From assembly GCA_963676795.2 (NCBI GenBank), contig CAXXTB010000002.1, forward strand, positions 2,418,629 through 2,482,628: DNA of 64,000 bases, written 5' to 3'. This document shows, in pieces, positions 25,709 to 35,970 of the stretch. The first letter of the stretch is position 1; the number at the start of each line of letters is the position of its first letter. The notes beneath the pieces are model-generated. The model worked only from the letters and a program-made list of their open reading frames with translations, did not search any database and was not told the origin of the DNA. The position numbers and the translations under genes were made by a program. The stretch is from Geopsychrobacteraceae bacterium (GTDB lineage Bacteria > Desulfobacterota > Desulfuromonadia > Desulfuromonadales > Geopsychrobacteraceae).

Positions 25709-27049
25709 TCATTGCATCAGCTCTATGCGGCTGCTGATAAATTGCTGCAGATCGTTGCGCAGCCCGGGCAGGCTCTGTGCCCGGCGATAGGCATCAAGAG
25801 CACCACTTTGGTCACCGCTCTGCTCAAGAGAGACGCCCAGTCCCAGCCACCAGATCGCCTGCTGAGGACGGACCTGCAGCAGCTGCTGGTAAATCCCGCT
25901 GGCCTGGATGAAATCACCACGGTCCTGCAACAAACCGGCGAGCAGCGCGAAATACTCGAGATCCTCGGCAACCGCGGGAAGCGGCCTCTGCACCAGAAGA
26001 TCGATGGCCAACTGAACCTGCTGACGCTCGACCAACAGCCGGGCATAGGCCTTGCGCAAGCGGTATTCCTGACCGTCAAGGGCCAGGCCTTCACGAACGA
26101 CCTGTTCCGCCTGATCAAGTCGGGAGCGCTGAACCAGCAGGGCAAACAGCTGCAGACGGGCTTCGACATGCTGCGGATTCCTTAGCAGTTCCTGGGCAAA
26201 ACTCGATTCCGCGGCGAGCAGCTTGCTCTCTTTGAGCTGCTGAAGCCCCAACTCGTATGCCGATTTGCCCTGCGGGGTGACCCGGGCTACATTCTGAACT
26301 TCAGGCAACGGCACTACAACAGCAGGGACGGCCGGCTCTATCACAGCCTTCACTTCTGCAACCTTGTTCTGCTGAGCAACGGCCACTGTTGTGCCGGATT
26401 GAAAGACGATCGACAGCAGATAGGTCCCGTCAGCGGCCTGCTCGCCCTGAATCCCCATCAGGTCAGCCTGAGCGTCGGTGTCAACCAACAGCTTGAGTGC
26501 ATCAGCCTGAGGAACCATGCTGACCTGGCGAATCAGACCCTGAATTTCCGGGATAATCAGGTCGGGGGCGGAACGCAGCTGATCAAAGATCAGCACCAGC
26601 GGCCTGCTCCCCTCACCCGCCTGCACAATCTGGTAGGTCGGAGTGACGGCAAAGTCCATCAACAGAACTGTCCCCTCTGCGGACTCACGAATATCCATCC
26701 CGGTCAGACGCGGTGACTCTGAGTTGACGCCTGAATCCTGGCGAACGGCCGGAGCGGGCGTAGCAACGACAGCAATCGGCCCGGCTGAGCTGACATCTCC
26801 TGCGGGAGTGGTCGGCTCAGCCGGTAGATTTTGCGCCAGCGCGGGTACTTTATGCTCCGCATAAAAATATCCGCCAGCGCCCCCGACAACAGCGACGGCG
26901 ACAACCAGGATGGCAACAAACAGCACAATGTGATGGCCCTTGGGCGGCGCATCGACCTGCAATCCTTGCCCGTGAAGTTGCGTATCGGCGCCGGGCTCAC
27001 GAGTCCGCCGGCTTTCGAGATCACGCAGCATCTCGTTGATAAGACTCAT
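25709..27049 (-). CDS. mshN: MSHA biogenesis protein MshN (TM, possible AMIN-like domain, TPR)
   Basis: MSLINEMLRDLESR start, C-terminal TPRs with WWLGLGVSLE. Confidence 0.85.
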   Translation of the reverse strand: MSLINEMLRDLESRRTREPGADTQLHGQGLQVDAPPKGHHIVLFVAILVVAVAVVGGAGGYFYAEHKVPALAQNLPAEPTTPAGDVSSAGPIAVVATPAPAVRQDSGVNSESPRLTGMDIRESAEGTVLLMDFAVTPTYQIVQAGEGSRPLVLIFDQLRSAPDLIIPEIQGLIRQVSMVPQADALKLLVDTDAQADLMGIQGEQAADGTYLLSIVFQSGTTVAVAQQNKVAEVKAVIEPAVPAVVVPLPEVQNVARVTPQGKSAYELGLQQLKESKLLAAESSFAQELLRNPQHVEARLQLFALLVQRSRLDQAEQVVREGLALDGQEYRLRKAYARLLVERQQVQLAIDLLVQRPLPAVAEDLEYFALLAGLLQDRGDFIQASGIYQQLLQVRPQQAIWWLGLGVSLEQSGDQSGALDAYRRAQSLPGLRNDLQQFISSRIELMQ

Positions 27050-27951
27050 CGCAGCACCTCCAGAAAGACGAGAGCGGCGACAACCCCGGCAACCACCAGA
27101 CAGCATTCAACCATATAGCGATTCAGGACACTCACCTGGCCATGAGGTATCTGACTGTCGCGTACAGCGGCAGCGACCAGACGGCCAGTTATTTTCCGGC
27201 GCCCTTTACCGTAACCGGCCAGCAAGGCCTTATGCGCCAGCAGGTTGACCAGGCGGGGAACGCCGCGGCTGACCTTGAACAGCGTTGCCACGGCACGCCC
27301 GCTGAAGTGCAGTCCCCCCTGGCAACCAGCGACCTTCAGGCGGTGCTCCAGGTAAGCGGCGACCTCGCTCCTGCTTAGGGACTTGAGCTTATAGGCAAAG
27401 GTAATGCGCTGTCTGAGCTGGCGCATGCTATAATCCTGCAGCCGCTCTTCAAACTCAGGCTGGCCGAAAAACAGGATATGCAGCAGCTTTTCCTTCTCCG
27501 TCTCCAGGTTGCTGAGCAAACGCAGGGCTTCGAGGCTGTTGTAGGACATGGCCTGGGCCTCATCGATCAGAATGACCAGCGGCCGGTCTTTTGCACGCAG
27601 ACGGACAAGCTCAGCGAAGATCAATTGGCAGAGTTCCTGAAAGCTGGCCTGAGCAGGAGGATTAAGTTTCAGTTCCGAGCAGATCGCCTGGTAAAGCTCC
27701 AGGGGGGTCAACAGGGGGTTCGGCAGATAGGCGATAGTACAACTGTCCTGCAGAAGGGTGAGCAGATGGCGACAAAGCAGCGTCTTGCCGGTGCCGACCT
27801 CACCGGTGATGCGGATAAAACCTTCGCCGTTGCGCAAGGCAACGAGGATGACGTTCAGCGCCTCCTGATGCCCGCCGAACCGATAGAGGTATTCGGTGTC
27901 GGGGGTCAGGGCAAAGGGAATCTCCTTGAGTCCATAAAAATTCTCGTACAT
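27046..27951 (-). CDS. mshM: MSHA biogenesis ATPase MshM (ExeA family)
   Basis: MYENFYGLKEIPFALTPD, GEVGTGKT, IDEAQ, LSNLETE, GQPE, RQLRQRI, GVPRLVN. Confidence 0.9.
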   Translation of the reverse strand: MYENFYGLKEIPFALTPDTEYLYRFGGHQEALNVILVALRNGEGFIRITGEVGTGKTLLCRHLLTLLQDSCTIAYLPNPLLTPLELYQAICSELKLNPPAQASFQELCQLIFAELVRLRAKDRPLVILIDEAQAMSYNSLEALRLLSNLETEKEKLLHILFFGQPEFEERLQDYSMRQLRQRITFAYKLKSLSRSEVAAYLEHRLKVAGCQGGLHFSGRAVATLFKVSRGVPRLVNLLAHKALLAGYGKGRRKITGRLVAAAVRDSQIPHGQVSVLNRYMVECCLVVAGVVAALVFLEVLR

Positions 27952-27969
27952 CGCCCTTGCCGATCTCGC

Positions 27970-29670
27970 TTAAAAAGGCCGCCAGTTGTTCATCAGATGC
28001 GGAGACAGGTTCTCAATTCTCTGGCGACTGGCATCGATCCCCTGCTGCCAGTCAAGTGAACTGCCTATGACCTGCGGGCGCAGCAGAATCACCAGCTCGC
28101 TCTTGCTGGAAACCGTCTGGGTATGACGGAACAGCGAACCCAGGGCAGGGATTTTGCTGAGCACCGGAACTCCCGATTCGTTGTTCGAGATCTTGTCCTG
28201 CATCAGGCCGCCGATGACGACCAGCTGGCCGTTGGTCGCGTGAACAACGCTGTCCGATTCACGCACGGTGCTGTAGGCCAGCGGCAACGACTGGGTTTCA
28301 CCGAAGACGCTGATGGTCTTGGTCTGATCGGTCACCTCGCTGACCGTCGGATGGATATGCAGGGTGATCCGGCCGGCACTGTCGATCTGCGGCGTCACAT
28401 CCAGAGCGATCCCGGAGAAGAACGGGGTCAGGGTGATATCGCTGGAGGTCGTGGTCGTGGTTCCCGAACTGGTGTCACTGGAGATATCGGTGACGAAAAA
28501 CTCGTCGGAGCCCACCTTGATGACCGCCTTCTGGTTGTTGACCGTGGCAATCCGCGGGCTTGACAGCACCTGGACATCCCCCTGACTCTCGAGCAGCTCG
28601 ATAAAGGCCTGAAAATCACCAAAATTCATCGCCATGCTGAAGATGCCGCCGAACGCCGAGGTATCAAGCGACGAAGCGAGCGAACCGGCCAGACTGTCCA
28701 TGCTGACCGAAGCCGTAGCCATGCTGTCATTGAAGGCGCTGCTGCCTCCCGCCTGCCCGGCGACAACCCCTTTGCCGTCGGAAGTGGCGGACAGTGCGGC
28801 CCAGTTGATACCGCTCTGAAAACCGTCCGACAGGGAAACCTCAATCACTTTCGCCTCGATGACGACCTGGCGCTGCATATTGCTCTGGACCGAATCGAGA
28901 TAGCCCTGAACCATCTGCAGCTCATCCGGCATCGCCACCACGACCACCATGCCGGCCTGGGGCTGGACAACAACCTTACGCCCGTCCTCATGGCCAATCA
29001 GCCCTTCGAGGGCGACTTTCAGTTCGGACCAGAAATCTGCCGTCGATTCTGAGTCGATCTGGCTGGCGGCGACATCGGAGTTAGTCGAGGAGCTCGTCCC
29101 GCTCCCCGAATCGCTGTTGTTCTGCGTAATCTGTCCTGAACTGACCCTGGTCTGCGATGAGCCCCGGCGGATCATGTTCAGATAATTGACCTGGAAGGTT
29201 CTGGCCTGCAGGCTGGCGGGCATCACCTGATAGGTCTGCCCGGTTCGGAAATAGGGATAGCCGTAGACATTATGGACAACCTGCAGAACCTCTTCGATTG
29301 TCGTGTTCTTCAGATCGACGCTGATCTCACCACTGACCTGCGGATGAACCACCATATTGGCGGAACTGCCGTTGACCAGGCTCATGAAAAATTCGCGGGC
29401 CGGTACGGCCGATGCTGCGATATCGAAGCGTTCCTCGGCTTTTGCGTGAGTCGGCAGAATATTCTGGGCGGCAGGAATAAGGGCGGAGCGGATCTCCTGG
29501 GGCGGCGGCGGAATGACGGCGGCCTGCGTTTTCTCCCCCGCGGAAGCAGAGAGGTTTTCATCCATCGAGGCAACCGGCATACCACCGCGTGGTGCGGGAG
29601 CACATGAGCTCAGTATGAATAAAAAGATCATCACGACAAGGCCACGACGGGCGGCTAAAACTCTGATCAC
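27970..29670 (-). CDS. mshL: MSHA secretin MshL
   Basis: Lipobox LSSC, QVVIEAKVIEV, GINW, NNQKAVIKVG, PFFSGIALDVTPQI, KSELVILLRP. Confidence 0.92.
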   Translation of the reverse strand: MIRVLAARRGLVVMIFLFILSSCAPAPRGGMPVASMDENLSASAGEKTQAAVIPPPPQEIRSALIPAAQNILPTHAKAEERFDIAASAVPAREFFMSLVNGSSANMVVHPQVSGEISVDLKNTTIEEVLQVVHNVYGYPYFRTGQTYQVMPASLQARTFQVNYLNMIRRGSSQTRVSSGQITQNNSDSGSGTSSSTNSDVAASQIDSESTADFWSELKVALEGLIGHEDGRKVVVQPQAGMVVVVAMPDELQMVQGYLDSVQSNMQRQVVIEAKVIEVSLSDGFQSGINWAALSATSDGKGVVAGQAGGSSAFNDSMATASVSMDSLAGSLASSLDTSAFGGIFSMAMNFGDFQAFIELLESQGDVQVLSSPRIATVNNQKAVIKVGSDEFFVTDISSDTSSGTTTTTSSDITLTPFFSGIALDVTPQIDSAGRITLHIHPTVSEVTDQTKTISVFGETQSLPLAYSTVRESDSVVHATNGQLVVIGGLMQDKISNNESGVPVLSKIPALGSLFRHTQTVSSKSELVILLRPQVIGSSLDWQQGIDASRQRIENLSPHLMNNWRPF

Positions 29671-30056
29671 GGTTGACTCCCCTGAGTATCTGTCCGTTGT
29701 GAATTCATTTTTTTCAGTCCTGTCCCCGAGCGCTGCAAACGGATCGTCCGCTCTCCCCCCTGCAGAACCACATGGTCATTCTCGATGACGGTCAGCGTGT
29801 AGCCCTTGAGGCTCTGCCCCAGAGCCAGGGTGTGCCCATCAATAACAGCCAGCGAGCGCTCAGGCGCGATAAGGATCGCCGAGAGAGTCCAGGTTCCCGT
29901 GACATCCTCGACCTTGCGCATGTCTGCGGCAGACTGCGCAGCCTCAGCGGAAGAGCCGGCCGGACGCAGCGGATCGACCAGCGTCAGGTCGGCGGCAAAC
30001 AGCCCTGAGGCCGGAGCCAGACCAAACAGACAGAAGACAATAAACGCCCTAACCAC
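29667..30056 (-). CDS. mshK: MSHA biogenesis protein MshK
   Basis: GTG start after GGAGGGG; signal peptide, DPLRP, LSAILI...AVIDG. Confidence 0.8.
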   Translation of the reverse strand: MVRAFIVFCLFGLAPASGLFAADLTLVDPLRPAGSSAEAAQSAADMRKVEDVTGTWTLSAILIAPERSLAVIDGHTLALGQSLKGYTLTVIENDHVVLQGGERTIRLQRSGTGLKKMNSQRTDTQGSQP

Positions 30057-30723
30057 CAATCCACCCCTCCGACAAACTGAGCGTGTGAACCTGCAGGCGA
30101 ACCTTCGCCTGCGGGTATTTATCGGTCTCGATCTCGATGCTGTCCCAAATGACAGTCTGCGGCATCTCCTGAAGCCCCTTGAGATAGTCGAGCGCACTCA
30201 GGTAAGTACCGACAAATTCAAGCTTCAGCCGATGCCGGTAGAGCACGGTTTCCCCCTCGTCATCCTTCTTCCCGCCCTTATCCTGACGGCCAAAGGTGAC
30301 TCGCTGCGGTGCCAGGTTCTCAAGATGGACCAGCTTCAGACGCCGGTCGCGATCGAGAAGGTCGCGCAGCAGTTCCGGCATATTCTGCGGGGCAACCAGA
30401 TTGACGATACTCGCCTGCAACTCGCCCTGCTTGACAGCGATCTCCCGTTCAAGCGCCTCTATGTGCTGAAGGTTCTCGCGGTTCGGATCGATTTTACCGC
30501 GGCTCAGAACCTCCTGTCCCTGCAGCGCCAGCGCAGCCAGTTCATTGTTGAGCATGGAGAGCTGCAGTCCGGCCAACTTGCGCTGCTGGGCCTGAGGCGC
30601 CAGGACAAAGAGGTAGGCGAGAAACAACAGGACAGCGGCAAGACAGACCAGGACGACAACCCGCTCGCGCAGGGTCCGCTCATCATACCACCTGAATAGC
30701 TGCACTGAGGAATCCGCCATCAC
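30049..30723 (-). CDS. mshJ: MSHA biogenesis protein MshJ (PilO/GspM-like)
   Basis: RER plus TM helix, LVAPQNM, LYRH, YLKGLQ, VHTLSL. Confidence 0.85.
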   Translation of the reverse strand: MMADSSVQLFRWYDERTLRERVVVLVCLAAVLLFLAYLFVLAPQAQQRKLAGLQLSMLNNELAALALQGQEVLSRGKIDPNRENLQHIEALEREIAVKQGELQASIVNLVAPQNMPELLRDLLDRDRRLKLVHLENLAPQRVTFGRQDKGGKKDDEGETVLYRHRLKLEFVGTYLSALDYLKGLQEMPQTVIWDSIEIETDKYPQAKVRLQVHTLSLSEGWIGG

Positions 30724-31319
30724 TGCCCTCCCGCTGCGCTTTTCAGCTCGAAATCGACCTGTCCCGGTTTTTCCGCCAGGCGATTGACCGCCAGGCCGGA
30801 GAAGACCCGCCCGCCAAGAACGTTCTGATCGCGCAACAACTGTAGATAGGCGGGCACCAGTTCCGTCCGCAGGGCACTGCCCGCCATGGCCAGATCCCCC
30901 GGGGACTGGCCGATACGGACCCTGGTCAGCCAGACCCCGGAGAGGGGATGGCGAGCCAGTCCTTCGAGCGATTTAAGCAGCACAGCATTTCGCTCCGGCT
31001 GGGGCAGATCGGCAGAATCTAACGACTGATTGAGCCCCCTGAGCTGACGCTCAAGACGCACAATCTTTTCTTCCAGCAGCACATCCTTGACCGGAACCGG
31101 ATACTGCGCCTCAAGCTCGACGAGCTTCGCAGCGGCAGCATCCCGCTTGCCGTTCAGCAGCCTGACCTGCTGTGCCGTCCTGGCGGTCAGCCAGTAACTG
31201 CCCAGCGAAAGCAGCACAGCCAATACGACAACCGCCAGCAAAATGAGCAACGCCTGCTGGCTGCGCAACGGTTTTGGCTTGTCAAACAGGACATCCTGCA
31301 AAAGATTAATCTGCTGCAT
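30720..31319 (-). CDS. MshI C-terminal part (PilN-like)
   Basis: MQQINL, TM helix, GVWLTRV, GSA...VPAYL. Confidence 0.8.
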   Translation of the reverse strand: MQQINLLQDVLFDKPKPLRSQQALLILLAVVVLAVLLSLGSYWLTARTAQQVRLLNGKRDAAAAKLVELEAQYPVPVKDVLLEEKIVRLERQLRGLNQSLDSADLPQPERNAVLLKSLEGLARHPLSGVWLTRVRIGQSPGDLAMAGSALRTELVPAYLQLLRDQNVLGGRVFSGLAVNRLAEKPGQVDFELKSAAGGQ

Positions 31320-32278
31320 CAGCCCCGCTCCTGGCGTAGTGCGCCACCGATCGGCACAAGAAAACGGTTCAGCTCCAGCTGATCCAGACCTTCCGGAAGC
31401 TCTACAGTATCAGGGAAGCGGAAGGATTCGACCCGGGTCGTCAGGTAATCGTTCAGATAATTGATCAGGGCAGGAATCTCTTGGCCGGTCTGAGCCACCA
31501 GCAGTCGCGCGACCTGAGGCAGCTGAAATGAGCTTTCGCAATAATCAAAAGAGCGCTGGACCTCAAGAACAATGGAATCAAGCTGTTCGGTCAGGGCCTC
31601 CATGCCCGCTTCCGCAACATTGGCAAGATCATTCATGCCAACACCGAGAACCCGCACCAGATACAGGTCACCATCACGAACGATCGTCAATATGCCGTAT
31701 TCATCGTGCAGCAGCAGGATGGCAATCCCACGCTCCTCGGCGAACAGGTTACAGATATTGCGCAAAGCAAACTCGGGAAGATCGATCGCCTCAAGTTGCA
31801 GCTGAGACTCGCTGACCGCCTGCAGGTGGCGCCGCAACAACTGATCGTGGGCCGCAACGGCATAGGTCACCGGAGCCCGCTCCCCGGAAAAGGGGGTAAC
31901 TTCGAAAAGGTCGATGACCGCGTCCTGAGGTCGATAATCGATCAGCTCACGCAACTGCCAGCGAGCGGCATCGCGACGCTCTTCTTCCGGCAGCTTGCCA
32001 AGATCGACCTGGGCCAACTGAAAAGCATCGGTCGGCAGCACATCGACACAGTCACCACCGGTCAGATTGAACTGGCTCACCCAACTGGCCAGGCGCCGAT
32101 CACGTTCATCGGCCGTGGCCAGCAGCTGGTCATCGACAGCTTGAATTTTCAGTTGATTGTCCGACAGACGGGTCAAGGCGACAACCCGATACGAATCTGG
32201 ATGCAAACAGAGCCCGACCCTGGCATGGTCGACTGCTTTTTTCCGCTTGAACAATTTCAAGCCAACTCCCCATAACAA
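31319..32278 (-). CDS. MshI N-terminal part (PilM-like)
   Basis: AARWQLRELID, IDLPEFALRN, LEVQRSFDY, IGGALR. The start may be the TTG at 32260. Confidence 0.8.
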   Translation of the reverse strand: MLWGVGLKLFKRKKAVDHARVGLCLHPDSYRVVALTRLSDNQLKIQAVDDQLLATADERDRRLASWVSQFNLTGGDCVDVLPTDAFQLAQVDLGKLPEEERRDAARWQLRELIDYRPQDAVIDLFEVTPFSGERAPVTYAVAAHDQLLRRHLQAVSESQLQLEAIDLPEFALRNICNLFAEERGIAILLLHDEYGILTIVRDGDLYLVRVLGVGMNDLANVAEAGMEALTEQLDSIVLEVQRSFDYCESSFQLPQVARLLVAQTGQEIPALINYLNDYLTTRVESFRFPDTVELPEGLDQLELNRFLVPIGGALRQERG

Positions 32279-32432
32279 TGCTTAGCTTTGCAAATTTTAA
32301 TAATCCATCAAATTAAACCTAATTATAGATCAAGAATCAATAAAAAAGGGAATCAAATCTGCCCTTTTAAGCTTTTTTAGCAGTGGCTGATCAATCCACC
32401 GCATCATAAGGAGAAATGCATCGGCCCGGCCG

Positions 32433-33332
32433 CTACTTCTTGCGGCTGCGCGGATGACTGCGATCGTAAACATCGGTCAGATGCGAAAAGGAGACCTTGG
32501 TATATTTCTGGGTCGTCGACAGCGACGCATGACCGAGCAGCTCCTGGATCGCGCGCAAATCCGCGCCGGCGTCGAGCAGATGCGTCGCAAAGGAATGACG
32601 CAGGGCATGCGGAGTCACATCGCTCGGCAAGCCAAGTTGCTGCAGCCGCGTCTTCAGATTGCGCTGCACACTCCGCGCACTCAATCGGCCACCCCGGTCA
32701 TTGAGAAAAAGGGCGGCCCCACCCTGCTGGTCGGAACGCAGCTCCAGATAGCACTGCAGCGCCACAAGCGCCTGGCGGCCGATCGGCAGAACCCGCTCCT
32801 TACTCCCCTTGCCGATCACCCGCAGCTGGGCCTGCTCCAGATCGATATCGGCAACAGACAACGAAACGGCTTCACCGACGCGCAACCCGCAAGAATAGAT
32901 CAATTCAAACAGGGCAAGATCCCGGGCCATCAGGTGCGGCTTGCCCGGCGGCTTATTATCCAGCAGACGGGCACTCTGCTCAGCACTCAGCACCCGGGGC
33001 AGATACTGCTCCCGCTTCGGGGTTGCCAGCAGGTCAGCCGGCGATTGTGCCAGAACACCCTGCCGGACCAGGTAGCGAAAGTAAACCTTGATCCCGGACA
33101 GTTTGCGGGCAATACTCGAGCGCCCGCAACGTTTGTGCAGAGCGGCCAGATACTGACGCAACAGCAACTGATCAAAGCCGGCAAGATCGCCCGACCTGTT
33201 CAGCGACCGCCCCCGCTCCTGGAGAAAAACTTCAAACTGGCGGAGATCATTCATATAGGCACTGACCGTGCGCGGCGAAAGATTCCGTTCAACCTCCAGA
33301 TGACGTTCAAATTGTTTCAGCAATTCGTCCAT
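32433..33332 (-). CDS. xerC: tyrosine recombinase XerC
   Basis: ERNLSPRTVSAY, GLRVGE, GKGSKER, TPHALRHSFATHLL, LLGHASLSTTQKYT, HPRS. Confidence 0.9.
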   Translation of the reverse strand: MDELLKQFERHLEVERNLSPRTVSAYMNDLRQFEVFLQERGRSLNRSGDLAGFDQLLLRQYLAALHKRCGRSSIARKLSGIKVYFRYLVRQGVLAQSPADLLATPKREQYLPRVLSAEQSARLLDNKPPGKPHLMARDLALFELIYSCGLRVGEAVSLSVADIDLEQAQLRVIGKGSKERVLPIGRQALVALQCYLELRSDQQGGAALFLNDRGGRLSARSVQRNLKTRLQQLGLPSDVTPHALRHSFATHLLDAGADLRAIQELLGHASLSTTQKYTKVSFSHLTDVYDRSHPRSRKK

Positions 33333-33496
33333 AAATGCCCCTTACTACCCACCTCGCACTTTGCCCTGAACGTTTGACGCTCTGCCTTCATCATGGCATA
33401 CTTTGCGTGGATTTTATGCATCAATGAGCGCACCGGCAGTTTTGTCAGCATAAATCTTCGGCCCTATTTCGGGCTCACTGGAGACCTACATACCCC

Positions 33497-34342
33497 ATGG
33501 AACTGATTTGCTGGATCATTAAAATCGTCCTGCTGCTGGTATTGATCTTTGATATCAGTGTTGTCCTGTTGAGCTACAGTATCTTCTGGTATGAGCTGGC
33601 GAACAGTTCACCGCAACTTCTGGAAAAGCGCGCGACGCGTGCCAACCTGAGCCTTACGGTCAAGCTACTGATCCCGGAGATGATACTGAACTATCTCACC
33701 CTGATCATTATCCCCCTTGGTCTGATCAGACCCGGCAAAACAGTTGCCACCCAAGGGGAAACGCCGACCCTGCTACTGCATGGCCTGTTTGTCAGTCACT
33801 CATGCTGGTTCTGGTTCAAACGGCAACTCAAGAAACAGGGAATCACCCATATTCACTGCCTGAACCTGTCATCCTGGCATAACGAAGAAGTTCTGACCGA
33901 GCTGGTCGCAAAAAAAATCGACGAACTGCGCCACCAGTTCGGTGTCGACAAGGTCAATATCATCGGCCATTCCATGGGCGGCATCATCGCCCGCAACTAT
34001 GTCCAGCTCAGGGGCGGTGAAGACAAAGTCGCCAAGCTGATCTGCCTGGGCTCACCTCATGGGGGGACCAAACTGGCAACCTTCACCCTGGCCTCACTCG
34101 GCAAGATCCTGCTCCCCGGCTCCGCTTTTCTCAAACGCCTGAACGGCACCCCGTTCCCGGCCCAGGTCAAACTGTTCAACATCCTGACCCTCAAGGACAA
34201 CATGGTCATACCGAACACTAACTGCCAAAGCTTCTGGGGGGAAAATATCGAACTCGACCAGATGGGGCACACCTCACTGATCTATCGCAAGGCGGCCATT
34301 GAAGCCGTCCGACAGTGCCTGTCCCGAAAGACGGAAGCATGA
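33497..34342 (+). CDS. membrane-anchored alpha/beta hydrolase (lipase/esterase)
   Basis: LLHG, nucleophile GHSMGG, LGSPHGGT, DNMV, GHTSL. Confidence 0.85.
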   Translation: MELICWIIKIVLLLVLIFDISVVLLSYSIFWYELANSSPQLLEKRATRANLSLTVKLLIPEMILNYLTLIIIPLGLIRPGKTVATQGETPTLLLHGLFVSHSCWFWFKRQLKKQGITHIHCLNLSSWHNEEVLTELVAKKIDELRHQFGVDKVNIIGHSMGGIIARNYVQLRGGEDKVAKLICLGSPHGGTKLATFTLASLGKILLPGSAFLKRLNGTPFPAQVKLFNILTLKDNMVIPNTNCQSFWGENIELDQMGHTSLIYRKAAIEAVRQCLSRKTEA

Positions 34343-34737
34343 TACACGAACTTGAAATCAGGACCAGCGAGCAGAACCAGCTCAAGGAGATCACGGACAA
34401 GATCCGCAGCTTGATCGAGCGTTCCGGCGTAACAGAGGGCCATGCCCTGCTCTTCGTCCCTCACACCACCGCGGCGGTAACCATCAATGAAAACGCCGAT
34501 CCGGATGTAACGACTGACCTGCTTTACGGATTGAACAAGCTGATCCCTCTCCAGGACAACTATCGCCACATGGAGGGAAACAGCGCCGCCCATATAAAGA
34601 GCAGCCTGGTCGGAGCCAGCGAGACAATCCTGATCTGCAATGGCAAACCGCTGCTGGGTACCTGGCAAGGCATCTATTTCTGCGAGTTCGACGGTCCCCG
34701 CTTACGCAAACTCCACATCAAGATCATTGCGGATTAA
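34339..34737 (+). CDS. yjbQ: YjbQ family (secondary thiamine-phosphate synthase) protein
   Basis: PHTTAAVTINENADPDV, EGNSAAHIK, LGTWQGIYFCEFDGPR. Confidence 0.9.
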   Translation: MIHELEIRTSEQNQLKEITDKIRSLIERSGVTEGHALLFVPHTTAAVTINENADPDVTTDLLYGLNKLIPLQDNYRHMEGNSAAHIKSSLVGASETILICNGKPLLGTWQGIYFCEFDGPRLRKLHIKIIAD

Positions 34738-34741
34738 TCAG

Positions 34742-35902
34742 ATGCCACAAGTAGCGCCACGCGACAACCGGGTGTCTTTGCAGGCACACACCAACTACAC
34801 CCCGGCAGAAGTCCTCGCCAGCATGCGCCAACTGCTGGCCCCGCTCGGAGGCATGTCGGCCTTCGTCAAAGCAGGACAGAAGGTTCTTCTCAAGCCCAAC
34901 ATGCTGGCCGGCCGAGCCCCCGAGAAAGCGGTCACGACCCATCCGGAAGTGGTCAGAGCGGTCATCACCCTGGTCAAGGAATGTGGTGGCGAAATCGCCC
35001 TCGGCGATTCCCCCGGCATCGGCAGCCCTTCAAACGTCGCCCGCAAAGCGGGACTCCTCGACCTCGTCGAAGAAACCGGCATCGACTTCGCCCCCTTTGA
35101 GGAATCGGTCAAAATCCGCCCGACAGGGACGACCTTTCACGAGCTGGAAGTCGCCCGCGACCTGCTCGAGGCCGACGTCATCATCAACCTGCCCAAGCTG
35201 AAAACCCATCAGATGATGGGCCTGACCTGCGCGGTCAAAAATATGTTCGGCGCCGTTGTCGGCCTGCGCAAACCGAAACTTCACCTGCAGGCCGGCAGCG
35301 ACAAGGCCTTTTTCGCCCTGATGCTGCTGGAACTCTGCGAACAACTGGCCCCGGCCCTGACCATCGTCGATGCCGTTGTCGGCATGGAAGGAGATGGGCC
35401 GGGCAGCGGCGACCCGGTTCAGATCGGCGCCCTGCTGGCCGGGGCAGATCCGCTGGCCATCGATACAGTAGCGACGGAACTGGTTGGCATGACAACGGAA
35501 CAGGTCTGGACCCAGCAGGTCGCCCGCAACAGCGGCAGGACACTGACCCACATCGAAGAACTGGAACTGCTCGGCAGCCAGCTGGCCGACCTCAAGGTGA
35601 AGAGCTTTCGACCGTCGAAAATGACCGACATCAACTTCGGCCTGAAAGGATCTTTGAGACGTTATCTGACCAATGCCTTGACAGCCAGACCGGTGGTTGA
35701 CCGCAGCCGCTGTAAACTCTGCAACGCCTGTGTCGAACATTGCCCGCCGGCAGCGATGAAAATCACAGACCGCAAACTGACCATCAACTACAATCAGTGT
35801 ATCCGCTGCTTCTGCTGCCAGGAGCTCTGTCCTCACGCGGCGCTTGCTACCAGGCAGGGGGTTCTGCTCAGGCTGAACAGCCTGCTGCGCGGCAGGCACT
35901 GA
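34742..35902 (+). CDS. DUF362 domain protein with C-terminal 2x[4Fe-4S] ferredoxin
   Basis: KVLLKPN, TTHP, LPKLKTH, AVKNMFG, EGDGP; CKLCNACVEHCP and CIRCFCCQELCP. Confidence 0.9.
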   Translation: MPQVAPRDNRVSLQAHTNYTPAEVLASMRQLLAPLGGMSAFVKAGQKVLLKPNMLAGRAPEKAVTTHPEVVRAVITLVKECGGEIALGDSPGIGSPSNVARKAGLLDLVEETGIDFAPFEESVKIRPTGTTFHELEVARDLLEADVIINLPKLKTHQMMGLTCAVKNMFGAVVGLRKPKLHLQAGSDKAFFALMLLELCEQLAPALTIVDAVVGMEGDGPGSGDPVQIGALLAGADPLAIDTVATELVGMTTEQVWTQQVARNSGRTLTHIEELELLGSQLADLKVKSFRPSKMTDINFGLKGSLRRYLTNALTARPVVDRSRCKLCNACVEHCPPAAMKITDRKLTINYNQCIRCFCCQELCPHAALATRQGVLLRLNSLLRGRH

Positions 35903-35905
35903 AAC

Positions 35906-35938
35906 AAAAAAAGGCCTGCCAAAAAGCAGACCTTTTTT
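35906..35938. terminator. bidirectional terminator
   Basis: AAAAAAGGCCTGC...GCAGACCTTTTTT between convergent genes. Confidence 0.7.
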
Positions 35939-35970
35939 ACTGAAACCTTGACTACTGAACAAAATTATCC

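Noticed and set aside
32433..33332. Tyrosine recombinase as the integrase of an msh genomic island
   Set aside because: Size and motifs match housekeeping XerC; no att repeats, tRNA target or phage genes are visible.
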